A DNA stretch of 64,000 bases from assembly GCA_963705305.1 (NCBI GenBank), contig OY970067.1:3936001-4000000 (forward strand), written 5' to 3'. Each line of letters opens with the position of its first letter. Positions within the stretch are counted from its first letter, which is position 1. This stretch comes from an uncultured Methylomirabilota bacterium (lineage in GTDB: Bacteria; Methylomirabilota; Methylomirabilia; Methylomirabilales; 2-02-FULL-66-22). The notes under the pieces were generated by a model that was not told the origin of the DNA, made no database searches, and saw only the letters and a program-made list of their open reading frames with translations. The position numbers and the translations under genes were made by a program. Below are positions 38,488-47,896 of this stretch, one piece after another.

Positions 38488-39400
38488 GGAACTGACCACG
38501 GTCTTTGAGCCGGCCCCCCTGGCGGATTTTGTGGAGACCGAGTATGTCGCCGATCTGACCCGGCGAGCCCTCGGGTACCTGCAGGCCGGCTTCCCCGTCC
38601 ACTTTCGCGGGCCCTCGGGCACCGGGAAGAGCACCCTGGCACTGCATGTGGCCTCGAGACTCGGGCGCCCCGTGGTCTTGCTGCATGGCAACGAAACCTT
38701 CACCACCTCGGATCTCATCGGCGGGGAAAGCGGCTATCACCTGCGCAAAGTGGTCGATCGCTTTGTCACCCGCGTCTTGAAGGTGGAAGAGGACATGTCT
38801 CCGCGCTGGATCGACAACCGGCTCACCATCGCCTGTAAATACGGCTTCACACTGGTCTACGACGAGTTCACGCGATCCCGGCCGGAGGCGAACAACATCC
38901 TGCTCTCGATCCTCCAAGAGCGCATCCTGGACCTACCGAGCGCCCGGGGGGGAGACGAGAATCTCCTCCGCGTGCATCCCGACTTCCGTGCGCTCTTCAC
39001 CTCGAACCCGGAAGAGTACGCCGGCGTGCATCGGAGCCAGGACGCCTTGCGCGATCGGATGATCACCCTCGATCTTGACCACTTCGATGCGGCCACCGAG
39101 ATCGGGATCGTGCAGGGCAAATCGGGCCTCCCGAGGAAGGATGCGGAAAGCGTCGTCCGCGTCGTCCGGGGGCTCCGGGAGTCGGGGGCGTGCGAGTTCC
39201 CGCCGACCATTCGGGGGGCCATCATGATTGCGAAGTCGCTCCGGACCCTCAATGGGCACGCACGACCGCTCTACCGGAACGCGACCTTCTTGCAGATCTG
39301 CCAGGACATCCTGGCTTCGGAGACGAGCCGGGTGGGGAGCAGGACTAACCAGACCAAGGTGCGAGAGCTGGTGAAACGATCAGTCAGGCAGCTCCGCTAG
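38480..39400 (+). CDS. gvpN: Gas vesicle AAA+ ATPase GvpN
   Basis: GFPVHFRGPSGTGKS, DNRLTIACKYGFTLVYDEFTRSRPEANN, FTSNPEEYAGVH..QDALRDR. Confidence 0.96.
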   Translation: MIEELTTVFEPAPLADFVETEYVADLTRRALGYLQAGFPVHFRGPSGTGKSTLALHVASRLGRPVVLLHGNETFTTSDLIGGESGYHLRKVVDRFVTRVLKVEEDMSPRWIDNRLTIACKYGFTLVYDEFTRSRPEANNILLSILQERILDLPSARGGDENLLRVHPDFRALFTSNPEEYAGVHRSQDALRDRMITLDLDHFDAATEIGIVQGKSGLPRKDAESVVRVVRGLRESGACEFPPTIRGAIMIAKSLRTLNGHARPLYRNATFLQICQDILASETSRVGSRTNQTKVRELVKRSVRQLR

Positions 39401-39461
39401 CCCTGCCGGGGATAGGCATCGAGCGCTGACGGGCGGAGGCTCGCGGAAGGAGCGGATCGTC

Positions 39462-39785
39462 ATGCGGGGCGTGATCGACATCGGAGGATTTCGAGACATC
39501 CGCAGGATGCAGAGCGCGGGATGTCGTTCCATCCCCAAACTGCAGACCTCCGGATACCTCGAACTGTACATGCTCCACAAGGAACGAGAGCGGCTCCTCA
39601 AGGAAGAGGCCATCCTCGCCCGACGCCACGAGAGGAACCGGAAGCGCCTGGCGGAGATCCAGGCCCAGATGCAGGGCATGGACGGAGTCGTCCAACCGGA
39701 TCCCTCAGCTCCGCCAACCAAGCGGAGAGGAAACGGCTCCAGCCACGGGAAGCGGACGTGGAAGACCGTCCCCTTGAACTACTAA
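39462..39785 (+). CDS. Small basic coiled-coil gas vesicle accessory protein (GvpV-like position)
   Basis: Directly after gvpN; YLELYMLHKERERL coiled coil, terminal KTVPLNY. Confidence 0.55.
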   Translation: MRGVIDIGGFRDIRRMQSAGCRSIPKLQTSGYLELYMLHKERERLLKEEAILARRHERNRKRLAEIQAQMQGMDGVVQPDPSAPPTKRRGNGSSHGKRTWKTVPLNY

Positions 39786-39797
39786 GAAGGAGTGCTC

Positions 39798-40844
39798 ATG
39801 GAGGCCCTGCACCTGTACTGCGTCGCCACCCCTGGCACACGCCTGGACGCTGATCTCATCGGTCTCGCCGAGCACCCCGTCTCCGTCATCCGTGAAAAAG
39901 ATCTGTTCGCATTGGTGAGCCCGGCACCCCAGCGGCCCTACAAGGCGATGCCACGGGGGGAGATCCTTCCCCTCCTGGCGACCCACCAGGCCGTCATCGA
40001 ACAGGCCATGACCTGCCTCACCGTGGTCCCGGTGAAGTTCGGCACCGTGGTTCGTGATGAACAGGAGGTCCGCAGGATCCTGCGGAAGGCCCGCGGCTGC
40101 TTTGCCTCCGCCCTCGAGGCCCTCGCCGGGAATGTGGAACTCGACGTGGTGGCGCAGTGGCGGTCCCTCGATGCGGTGTTGCAGCACATCGCGGAAGAGC
40201 CGCAGATTTCGTCCCAGCGCGCGGCGATCGCGAACCAGCCGTCCTCCGCGACCGTGGATCCGCGGATCCGGATTGGTATGCTGCTGAAGGCTCGGCTGGA
40301 TGCGCTGCGGGAAGCGCGGTCAATCGAGATCCTGAAGGCGCTCTCGCCATTCGTCCAGGATTCCTGCCGTCATGCCCTCGCGGGTGATCGGATGCTCTTC
40401 AACGCCGCGTTCCTGGTGGATCGGACGCAGGAGGCGGCATTCACGCGGGCCCTGGAGGCGCTCGATCGTGGCTACGCGGACGCGGTCGATTTCCGCTGTG
40501 TCGGGCCACTCCCTGCCTATAGCTTCTGCACCCTGGAAATCAAGACGTTCGAGGTAGCGGGGGTCGAACGTGCGCGACAGGTGCTGGGGATCGGGGAGGC
40601 GGCCGGGGCGCCGGAGGTCCGGGCGGCATACCGGCGGCAGGCCCACCAGTGGCACCCCGATCGTGTCACCCAAAACCGTGACCCGGCCTCCGGCGACCCG
40701 AATCCCGTGTTCCAGGCGCTGACGGACGCCTACCGGTACCTGGAAGCGTACCTCGAGGTTGGAAGCTCACTCCACCCGAACGATGTCCGCTCTGCGGTGG
40801 CCGTGACGCGGTACCAATGGGCGCAGGATGCCGCACGTGCCTGA
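39798..40844 (+). CDS. GvpL/GvpF-family protein with C-terminal DnaJ (J) domain
   Basis: LYCV, HQAVIE, VPVKFGT, NAAFLVD, VGPLPAYSF, then VLGI...EVRAAYRR.A..WHPDR...FQALTDAY. Confidence 0.88.
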   Translation: MEALHLYCVATPGTRLDADLIGLAEHPVSVIREKDLFALVSPAPQRPYKAMPRGEILPLLATHQAVIEQAMTCLTVVPVKFGTVVRDEQEVRRILRKARGCFASALEALAGNVELDVVAQWRSLDAVLQHIAEEPQISSQRAAIANQPSSATVDPRIRIGMLLKARLDALREARSIEILKALSPFVQDSCRHALAGDRMLFNAAFLVDRTQEAAFTRALEALDRGYADAVDFRCVGPLPAYSFCTLEIKTFEVAGVERARQVLGIGEAAGAPEVRAAYRRQAHQWHPDRVTQNRDPASGDPNPVFQALTDAYRYLEAYLEVGSSLHPNDVRSAVAVTRYQWAQDAARA

Positions 40845-41589
40845 ATACGGAAAGTACCTGTACGGCATCATCGCCGCCGACGAGGCGCGGAACTTCGGTC
40901 CCATCGGGATTGGGGGTCGAGAGGTGGAAACCATCCACCACCAACATCTCAGCGCGGTGATCAGCTCCATCCCGTTGCCCCAGTGTGTCCTCAGCAAAGA
41001 GAGCCTCCTGGCCCACGAGCGGGTCCTGGAGCGGGTGATGGCCGAATACACGGTCCTGCCGGTCAAGTTTTATACGGTCGGGGCCAACGTCGAGGAGATC
41101 CAACGTCTGATCGAGCTGCGGTATCAAGAGCTCCTGTTCGTGCTGCGTGACCTGGAGGGCAAGGTGGAGCTTGGGGTCAAGGCGACATGGCGCGAGATGC
41201 GCAGCGTGCTCCAGGAAATCGCGGGCGAGCACCCGGAAATCAAGCGCCTGAAGGAGAAGGCGGCCGAGAAGCCCCCGCACCCGAGCTATGCGGAAGGCGT
41301 CGCGATCGGGGAGATGGTCGCGGCCGCCCTCGAGGCAAAGAAAACCCAAGAGGCGGAGGTGATCCTGGCCGGGTTGCGGCGACTGGCGGTGAATTACCGG
41401 CTCAACCGTACCATCGGGGAGCGGATGCTCCTGAACGCCGCCTTCCTGGTCGATCGCGCCCGGGAGCACGAGTTCGATGCGGAGGTGGATCGGCTGGACC
41501 ATCGCCATGGCGGACGGACCAAGTTCACCTACGTGGGACCGGTCCCCCCCTACAACTTCGTCAACATCACCCTGCGGCCGGGCGACTGA
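40828..41589 (+). CDS. gvpF: GvpF/GvpL-family gas vesicle protein
   Basis: GKYLYGII, AHERVLE, VLPVKF, GKVELGVK, LNAAFLVD, GPVPPYNFV. Confidence 0.9.
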   Translation: MPHVPEYGKYLYGIIAADEARNFGPIGIGGREVETIHHQHLSAVISSIPLPQCVLSKESLLAHERVLERVMAEYTVLPVKFYTVGANVEEIQRLIELRYQELLFVLRDLEGKVELGVKATWREMRSVLQEIAGEHPEIKRLKEKAAEKPPHPSYAEGVAIGEMVAAALEAKKTQEAEVILAGLRRLAVNYRLNRTIGERMLLNAAFLVDRAREHEFDAEVDRLDHRHGGRTKFTYVGPVPPYNFVNITLRPGD

Positions 41590-41607
41590 GTCGGCGAGGA
41601 CCCTTGC

Positions 41608-42351
41608 ATGGGAAAGTACATTTACTGCATCACCGAGGCCCCCGAGGGGGAGCATTTCGACGCGGCAGGGATCGATGGACCCGGGGCGGAGGTGGCGGCC
41701 CTCGCTTTCGATGGGATTGCCGCAGTGGTGAGCGAGGCACCCGTCAAGCGCTATCGCGTCTGCCGCGAGAATGCCCTCGCGCACGAGTGCGTGATCGAAG
41801 CGGTTTTCGCCCGTCACCCTGTGCTCCCCGTCCGATTCTGTACGATCGCCCAGGATGAGGCGACGGTGCGGACCATCCTCGAGCGTGAGCTCGCGGAGTT
41901 CCGGAGGATGCTGGAGCATATGCGGGGACGGATGGAGATCGGGGTGAAAGCCATCTTCCCGGAGGCTCGGATTTACCAGACGATCCTGGACCGCCATGAG
42001 GAGATCCGGCGCCGGAAGCAGGCCGTGGCATTGCTGCCGCCGCAGCAGGCGCACTGGCAGCTCCTCGCGATCGGGAAGATGGTGGAAGAGGCCCTGGTGC
42101 GAGAGAAAGCCGCCGTGCGAGAGGAGATCCTCCAGAGCCTGGAAGGGGCGGCCTGCGAGTGCCGCGTGAGCGAGCGCCTGATGGGCGAGCGGATGATCGT
42201 CAATGCCGCCTTCCTGGTGGAGCGGGCGTCCGAGCCGGAGTTCGATCGGCGATTGAATGCCCTGGCCGACCGCTACGCGGACCTGGTCACCTTCAAGTGC
42301 GTGGGGGACGCCCCCCCGTTCAACTTCGTGGACCTGGTCGTCGCGATATAG
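41608..42351 (+). CDS. gvpF: GvpF/GvpL-family gas vesicle protein
   Basis: GKYIYCI, AHECVIE, VLPVRF, NAAFLV, PPFNFV. Confidence 0.88.
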   Translation: MGKYIYCITEAPEGEHFDAAGIDGPGAEVAALAFDGIAAVVSEAPVKRYRVCRENALAHECVIEAVFARHPVLPVRFCTIAQDEATVRTILERELAEFRRMLEHMRGRMEIGVKAIFPEARIYQTILDRHEEIRRRKQAVALLPPQQAHWQLLAIGKMVEEALVREKAAVREEILQSLEGAACECRVSERLMGERMIVNAAFLVERASEPEFDRRLNALADRYADLVTFKCVGDAPPFNFVDLVVAI

Positions 42352-42358
42352 CGCGCCT

Positions 42359-42625
42359 ATGCTCCTCGTGGACGATCTCCTCGCGCTTCCGTACCGGGGC
42401 CTACTAGGTGTGTTCCAGAAGATCGCCGAACTGGCCGACCGGGAGCTGAACGATGCGGAGTTCCTCCAGGAGAAGCTCCTCGAGCTCCAATTGCTCTACG
42501 AGATGGATGAGCTCGGCGAGGAGGAGTACGCGCTGAAAGCCGCGGTGTTGGAGACCAGGCTCAATGCTGTCAGGGAGGCGGAGGAGGTCGAGCCGGAAAC
42601 CGAAGAGGGAGATGCTGAAGCGTGA
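42359..42625 (+). CDS. gvpG: Gas vesicle protein GvpG
   Basis: MLLVDDLLALPYRGL..VF..I...AD.EL...L..KLLELQ..YE..E..EEEY. Confidence 0.88.
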   Translation: MLLVDDLLALPYRGLLGVFQKIAELADRELNDAEFLQEKLLELQLLYEMDELGEEEYALKAAVLETRLNAVREAEEVEPETEEGDAEA

Positions 42626-42684
42626 CCGTGGAGAGATGCCCAGTTGGTTGTCCAACAACGGCTGCCGCGGGGGAAGAGGGACGG

Positions 42685-42963
42685 ATGGAATTCAATGAGG
42701 TCAGAAGGATCGCGACCTACTTCCTCAAACGACCCCTTCAAAAGGACGGGGCACCGGTCAGGATCGACAAGACGTATGAGGGGTGGGAGGTCCAGTTCGG
42801 GGCGATCGAGCCCACCGTCTGTATTCGAACGCTGGGGATCCCTGCCTCCGTCCGTGGCCGTTTCCTTGATGTGATCACGCTGGGTGGCGGGCTCCAGACC
42901 CTGTCGGGCGAGCGGCTCGCCTCTGGTACGGAGTCCGCCCGCGCCTCCTCTCGGACCGCATAG
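42685..42963 (+). CDS. GvpO-like protein, divergent or decaying
   Basis: VRIDKTYEGWEVQF beta-strand motif; position between gvpG and gvpJ. Confidence 0.5.
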   Translation: MEFNEVRRIATYFLKRPLQKDGAPVRIDKTYEGWEVQFGAIEPTVCIRTLGIPASVRGRFLDVITLGGGLQTLSGERLASGTESARASSRTA

Positions 42964-42975
42964 GGGCCATTGACC

Positions 42976-43275
42976 ATGCCCTCATCATCGGCGATCTCGC
43001 ACAGCGTGCAGAGCACCAACCTGGCCGACATCCTCGAGCGGGTCCTGGACAAGGGGATCGTCATCGCCGGGGATATTAAGATTAACATCGCCGACATCGA
43101 GCTGCTCAGCATCAAGATCCGGCTCCTCGTGGCTTCGGTGGAGAAGGCCAGGGAGATGGGGATTGATTGGTGGCAGAGCGATCCGGCCCTGTCCTCGAGG
43201 GCCAAGAGCCTTGAGGAAGAGAATCGGCAGCTCCACGAGCGACTGGATCGGCTAGAGGCCCGCCTTGGCGGGTGA
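42976..43275 (+). CDS. gvpJ: GvpA/J-family gas vesicle protein GvpJ
   Basis: NLADILERVLDKGIVIAGDI.I..ADIELL.IKIRLLVASVEKA.EMGIDWW..DP. Confidence 0.93.
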   Translation: MPSSSAISHSVQSTNLADILERVLDKGIVIAGDIKINIADIELLSIKIRLLVASVEKAREMGIDWWQSDPALSSRAKSLEEENRQLHERLDRLEARLGG

Positions 43276-43286
43276 GGGAGGCAGCC

Positions 43287-43802
43287 ATGCGCAAACGGGT
43301 GGAACGCGGGGGGCTCGGCCTGGGCGATCTTTTTCACGGGGTCGCAGATCTCATTGATCTCCTCAAGGAGATGGAGGCGGAGGGGAAGACCGAGCGCACC
43401 CGCACCGGCGAGATCACAGGCAGCGGGCAATTGAAGGACCTGAAGGGGGTCTATGGGTTCAGCGTAAAGGTCGGCCTCGGCGGCACCCCGACGGTCGAGA
43501 CTTTCGGGAACATTCGCAAGAGCGAAACGGGGCCGGTGGTCGAAGAGGTGCGTGAGCCCCTGGTGGACCTCTTCGATGAAGGAGACGTCATGCGGGTGAT
43601 CGCGGAACTCCCCGGGGTGGAGTCGACGGACATCGCGACCGAGCTGGAGGGCGACATCCTCACCATCACCAGCCGGGGCAAGGCGCACAAGTACCAGAAG
43701 GAGGTCCTCCTGCCCTCCAAGGGACAGGCGGACTCGCTGAAGACCAGCTATCGGAACGGCATTCTGGAGATCACGCTGCGGAAGACCAGGGACGGCGCAT
43801 GA
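43287..43802 (+). CDS. Hsp20/alpha-crystallin protein (GvpH-like)
   Basis: GVYGFSVKVG, REPLVDLFDE, AELPGV, YRNGILEI. Confidence 0.9.
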   Translation: MRKRVERGGLGLGDLFHGVADLIDLLKEMEAEGKTERTRTGEITGSGQLKDLKGVYGFSVKVGLGGTPTVETFGNIRKSETGPVVEEVREPLVDLFDEGDVMRVIAELPGVESTDIATELEGDILTITSRGKAHKYQKEVLLPSKGQADSLKTSYRNGILEITLRKTRDGA

Positions 43803-44782
43803 AACTCGTCCTGTTCGGCGGCAAGGGAGGCGTCGGGAAGACCACGTGTGCCGCGGCAGCCGCGCTTGAGCTGGCCGGCGCCGGCCATCGGACGCTCCTG
43901 GCCTCGACCGATCCGGCCCACTCTCTCTCTGACGCCCTGGAGCAGGAGATTGGTCCCGAAATCCAGGCGGTGAACGGGGTCCAGAACCTCTTTGCGCTGG
44001 AGATTTCTGCTGAAAGCCTGTTCCGGAAGTTCAAGGCAGACCACGGGGCGGAGTTGCGGCACCTCCTCGTAACCGGCACGTATCTCGACGCGGAGGATCT
44101 GGACGACCTCTCGTCCCTCTCCATCCCCGGCCTCGATGAGGTGATGGCGCTCAAGGAGCTCGTGGACCTGATGGAGTGCAGCGCGTACGAGTATTACCTC
44201 CTGGATACCGCCCCCACGGGCCACGCCCTCCGCCTCCTCGCGCTCCCTGACCTCGTCGAGCAGTGGATCCGCGTCCTGGCGCGGCTCCGGTACAAGTACC
44301 TCGCCATGATCCGCAGCATCGCCCAGCGCGAGATTCATGAGACGGCGGACGACTTCCTGTTCAGCCTGAAGCGAGGCGTGCGGCGCGTCCAGGAACTCCT
44401 CCACGACCCGGAGCGCTGCGAGTTCCTGGTCGTCGGGCTTCCTGAAGCGATGGTGATCGCCGAGACCCGGCGTCTTCTCCAGGAACTGAGCCGCCAGCAG
44501 ATTCCCGTCCGGCACCTCCTCGTGAATCATGTCGCCTCCAGCGAGCGGGGAACGTGCCCCTTCTGTCACGAGCGCTGGCAGGCCCAGCGGAAAGTCCTCC
44601 AGGAATATTCGGCGTCCTTCGCGGCGCTCAAGGTCTACAACCTCTTGGAGCGCCCGCACCCGATCCGGGGCCTTGCGCAACTGCGAGAGCTCGGATTCCC
44701 CATTCGGTGGCTGGAGCGGGAGCGCTCTGCAGGGGCAAGCGCGGGCATCGAGGATCAGGCATGGGTACTCCACACACGGTGA
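43799..44782 (+). CDS. ArsA/Get3-family ATPase, single domain
   Basis: GGKGGVGKTT, STDPAHSL, IPGLDE, DTAPTGH, CPFC. Confidence 0.92.
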   Translation: MKLVLFGGKGGVGKTTCAAAAALELAGAGHRTLLASTDPAHSLSDALEQEIGPEIQAVNGVQNLFALEISAESLFRKFKADHGAELRHLLVTGTYLDAEDLDDLSSLSIPGLDEVMALKELVDLMECSAYEYYLLDTAPTGHALRLLALPDLVEQWIRVLARLRYKYLAMIRSIAQREIHETADDFLFSLKRGVRRVQELLHDPERCEFLVVGLPEAMVIAETRRLLQELSRQQIPVRHLLVNHVASSERGTCPFCHERWQAQRKVLQEYSASFAALKVYNLLERPHPIRGLAQLRELGFPIRWLERERSAGASAGIEDQAWVLHTR

Positions 44783-46896
44783 CATTGCGGGTGGCGGAAG
44801 CGCTGCCCAAAGATGTGGGGCGCGGGATCGCGCGCCTGGATCCCGAGGACATGAAGGCCCTCGAAATCGAGGTGGGCGACATCGTCCAGGTCCAGGGGAA
44901 ACGCCAGACCGTGGCCAAGGCCATGCCCGCCTTCCAGGAGGCCAGAGGGAAGGGGATCGTCCAGGTCGACGGCCTTGTCCGGACCAATGCCCAGGTGGGG
45001 CTGGACGAGCGGGTGGCGATCGCCAGGGACGAGGCCAGACCGGCCGTGAAGCTGACCCTCGCGCCTCTCTCCTCCCAACGCATAAGCCAGCGCGAGCCGG
45101 ACACCCGCTACCTTGCGCGCCTCCTGGAGGGGCTTCCGCTCATCGCCGGCGACCGTATCCGCGCCGTGCTCTTCGGCACCATGGCCCAGGAGTTCACGGT
45201 GGTTGAAACTGCCCCCACCGGCCCGGTGGTCGTCCGGGCGGCCACCGCCCTCCGCCTGCACCATCCCGAAGGCCCCGGCGAGACTTCCCAGATCTCGTAC
45301 GAAGACATCGGGGGGCTTCGGCGAGAGATCCAGCGCGTGCGAGAGATGATCGAGCTCCCCCTGAAGTACCCCGAAGTCTTCGAGCACCTGGGGATCAAGG
45401 CGCCGAAGGGCGTGCTCCTCCACGGGTCACCCGGCACCGGTAAGACACTCATCGCGAGGGCTGTGGCGAACGAGACCGAGGCGCGGTTCTTCGCCGTGAG
45501 TGGTCCCGAGGTCATCCACAAGTTCTACGGTGAGTCGGAGGCCAAGCTCCGGCAACTCTTCGAGGAGGCCGAGCGGCATGCTCCGAGCATCATCTTCCTG
45601 GATGAGATTGACGCCATCGCCCCCAAGCGCGAGTCGGTGGTGGGGGAGGTAGAGAAACGGGTGGTGGCGCAGCTCCTCGCCCTGATGGATGGACTCCGGT
45701 CCCGCGGTCAGGTGATCGTGATCGGGGCGACGAACATCCCGAATGCACTGGACCCCGCCCTGCGCCGGCCGGGCCGTTTCGATCGCGAGATCGCCATTGG
45801 GATCCCCGACAAAGGGGGGAGGCGGGAAATCCTGGAGATCCACACCCGGGGGATGCCGCTGGCGGAGGACGTGGACCTGGACGAGCTCAGTGAGTCCACC
45901 CACGGGTTCGTGGGCGCGGATCTGGAGGCCCTCTGCCGGGAGGCAGCCATGGCCGCGCTCCGAGCTTTGCTCCCGCGGATCACGTTCGAGGTTGGAGCCA
46001 TTCCCTACGAGGCCGTCATGGAACTCCGGGTCCATCGGACCCATTTCTTCGAGGCGATGAAGGAGGTCGAGCCCTCGGCCCTGCGGGAGATCAGTGTGGA
46101 GGTCCCGGACGTCCGGTGGGGGGACGTCGGCGGATTGGAGAATGTGAAGCGCGAGCTCGTGGAGGCCGTCGAGTGGCCGCTCCGCTATGCGGCGCTCTTC
46201 AGCCATGCGGGTGCCCGGCCGCCCCAGGGGATCTTGCTCCATGGAGCGCCCGGCAGCGGAAAGACGCTGCTGGCCAAGGCCCTGGCCACCGAGAGCCGGG
46301 CCAACTTCATTGCCATCAAGGGCCCCCAGCTGATGTCCAAATGGGTGGGAGAGAGCGAACGCGCGATCCGGGAGATCTTCAAAAAGGCCAAGCAAGCCGC
46401 CCCCTGCGTGGTCTTCCTGGACGAGGTGGACGGCCTGGCCCCCCGGCGGGGACTGGATCCATCCGGCGTGGCGGAACGAGTCCTGAGCCAGTTGCTCACC
46501 GAGCTGGATGGCATCGAAGAGCTGCGCGGTGTGGTGGTGCTGGCGGCCACAAACCGGCTGGATCTCGTGGAGCCGGCCCTCGTGCGGCCGGGGCGATTCG
46601 ACTCCGTCATCGAGGTATCCTTGCCCGACACGAAAGCGAGGCTCGAGATCTTCACGATCCACACTCGCAAGCAGCGGCTGGCTCCCGACGTGGACTTGAC
46701 GGTGCTGGCCAGGCAAAGTCAGGGGCTCTCCGGCGCGGAGATTGAGGCTACCTGTCGGAGGGCAACGATGATGGCGATCCGGGAGTACCTGGAGGCTTAC
46801 CCAAACGGGGCGGATTCCGGGTTCCAGGAATATGCGGTGCGAATGGCTCGTTTGGAGGAGGCGCTGACGAGCTTCCGGAAAGGACGTGTGGGATGA
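44761..46896 (+). CDS. CDC48/p97/VAT-family AAA+ ATPase
   Basis: N-domain (DVGRGIARLD, RTNAQVG), YEDIGG, GSPGTGKT, ALRRPGRFDRE, WGDVGG, GAPGSGKT, RPGRFD. Confidence 0.95.
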   Translation: MGTPHTVTLRVAEALPKDVGRGIARLDPEDMKALEIEVGDIVQVQGKRQTVAKAMPAFQEARGKGIVQVDGLVRTNAQVGLDERVAIARDEARPAVKLTLAPLSSQRISQREPDTRYLARLLEGLPLIAGDRIRAVLFGTMAQEFTVVETAPTGPVVVRAATALRLHHPEGPGETSQISYEDIGGLRREIQRVREMIELPLKYPEVFEHLGIKAPKGVLLHGSPGTGKTLIARAVANETEARFFAVSGPEVIHKFYGESEAKLRQLFEEAERHAPSIIFLDEIDAIAPKRESVVGEVEKRVVAQLLALMDGLRSRGQVIVIGATNIPNALDPALRRPGRFDREIAIGIPDKGGRREILEIHTRGMPLAEDVDLDELSESTHGFVGADLEALCREAAMAALRALLPRITFEVGAIPYEAVMELRVHRTHFFEAMKEVEPSALREISVEVPDVRWGDVGGLENVKRELVEAVEWPLRYAALFSHAGARPPQGILLHGAPGSGKTLLAKALATESRANFIAIKGPQLMSKWVGESERAIREIFKKAKQAAPCVVFLDEVDGLAPRRGLDPSGVAERVLSQLLTELDGIEELRGVVVLAATNRLDLVEPALVRPGRFDSVIEVSLPDTKARLEIFTIHTRKQRLAPDVDLTVLARQSQGLSGAEIEATCRRATMMAIREYLEAYPNGADSGFQEYAVRMARLEEALTSFRKGRVG

Positions 46897-47264
46897 GGGG
46901 CAATATTCTCCTGGTGGAGCCGGAGGAGGCCACAGCTCGTTCCCTGGCAGCGATTCTCACCCGGGCGGAGTTCACGGTCCTCACCGCCGAGACGGGCCAC
47001 GAAGCCCTGCGCCTGGTGCACCGGGAGCCGCCGGATCTCATCATCCTGGATCTGGAGCTCCCAGGAATGGACGGCCTTGAGACGCTCCGGCAGCTCCGAG
47101 AGCACGGCGTGACGGCGAAGGTCATGATCCATGCGGCTCATGGGACGCCCCGGCATGCCAGGGAGGCACGGGCGCTGGGGGCCCGGGAGTTCCTCGGCAA
47201 GCCCTTCGACGTGCACCGACTCCTCTGCATTGTGAACGGGGAGGTCGGGGAACGGGTGATGTAG
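46893..47264 (+). CDS. Single-domain response regulator within gvp operon (atypical acidic pocket)
   Basis: ILLVEPE, IILDLELPGMDG, GKPF; ATGA coupling. Confidence 0.85.
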   Translation: MRGNILLVEPEEATARSLAAILTRAEFTVLTAETGHEALRLVHREPPDLIILDLELPGMDGLETLRQLREHGVTAKVMIHAAHGTPRHAREARALGAREFLGKPFDVHRLLCIVNGEVGERVM

Positions 47265-47896
47265 TGAGTGTCCCAGAGGCGAGACGGCTCATCTATATCC
47301 CCATCATCCACGATCTGGCGGATATGGGGACCAAGGCTGAGCCGTTGAAACAGGCATTCATCCGCCGCTTCGGCCTTGATCAGTGGGAGCGCCGCCGTGC
47401 GCTCATCGCCGATGTCTGGGGAGGCATCCGGCAGAAACTGCTGGGTCGGGATCTCCCTTGGGACCGCGTGCGGATCTACCAGGACGGGCTTCCGATTTCG
47501 GGAAAAGAGCTGGAGATCGCGAGCGATGTGGCCGTGCAGGGGAGCCAGAATTACCGGCTGGTGCTAGAGTTGGTGGGGAAAGGTGCCACGCTGATGGGGA
47601 CGGAATCACCGGACCTCCTACTCCGGGAGTACCGGCTGATCAGCCGGATGGTCGAGGCGCACCCCGTGGTGCAGCCGGACACCGCCGGTCGGGAGTCCGA
47701 TGCGGAAGCGCAGGAGATCCTCGGTGCCCGGGATGCATTCATTGCCCGCCGGGTCTCCGACACCTTGGGCAACGCCGGTATCGGCGTTCTCTTCCTCGGC
47801 ATGATGCATCAGGTGGATCAACTCCTTCCCAAAGATATTGCGGTCGAATTCCTCATCGATCGACTTCCCCTGTGGGAGGTGGCAGCGGAGGACTGA
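47264..47896 (+). CDS. Hypothetical protein in gvp operon
   Basis: Overlaps both neighbours; LIYIPIIH..ADMG, IYQDGLP, GTESP, RD.FIA, LFLG..H segments look conserved. Confidence 0.72.
   Translation: MSVPEARRLIYIPIIHDLADMGTKAEPLKQAFIRRFGLDQWERRRALIADVWGGIRQKLLGRDLPWDRVRIYQDGLPISGKELEIASDVAVQGSQNYRLVLELVGKGATLMGTESPDLLLREYRLISRMVEAHPVVQPDTAGRESDAEAQEILGARDAFIARRVSDTLGNAGIGVLFLGMMHQVDQLLPKDIAVEFLIDRLPLWEVAAED

Noticed and set aside
43799..44782. Arsenic resistance locus
   Set aside because: No arsB, arsC, arsD or arsR nearby; single-domain protein inside the gvp operon
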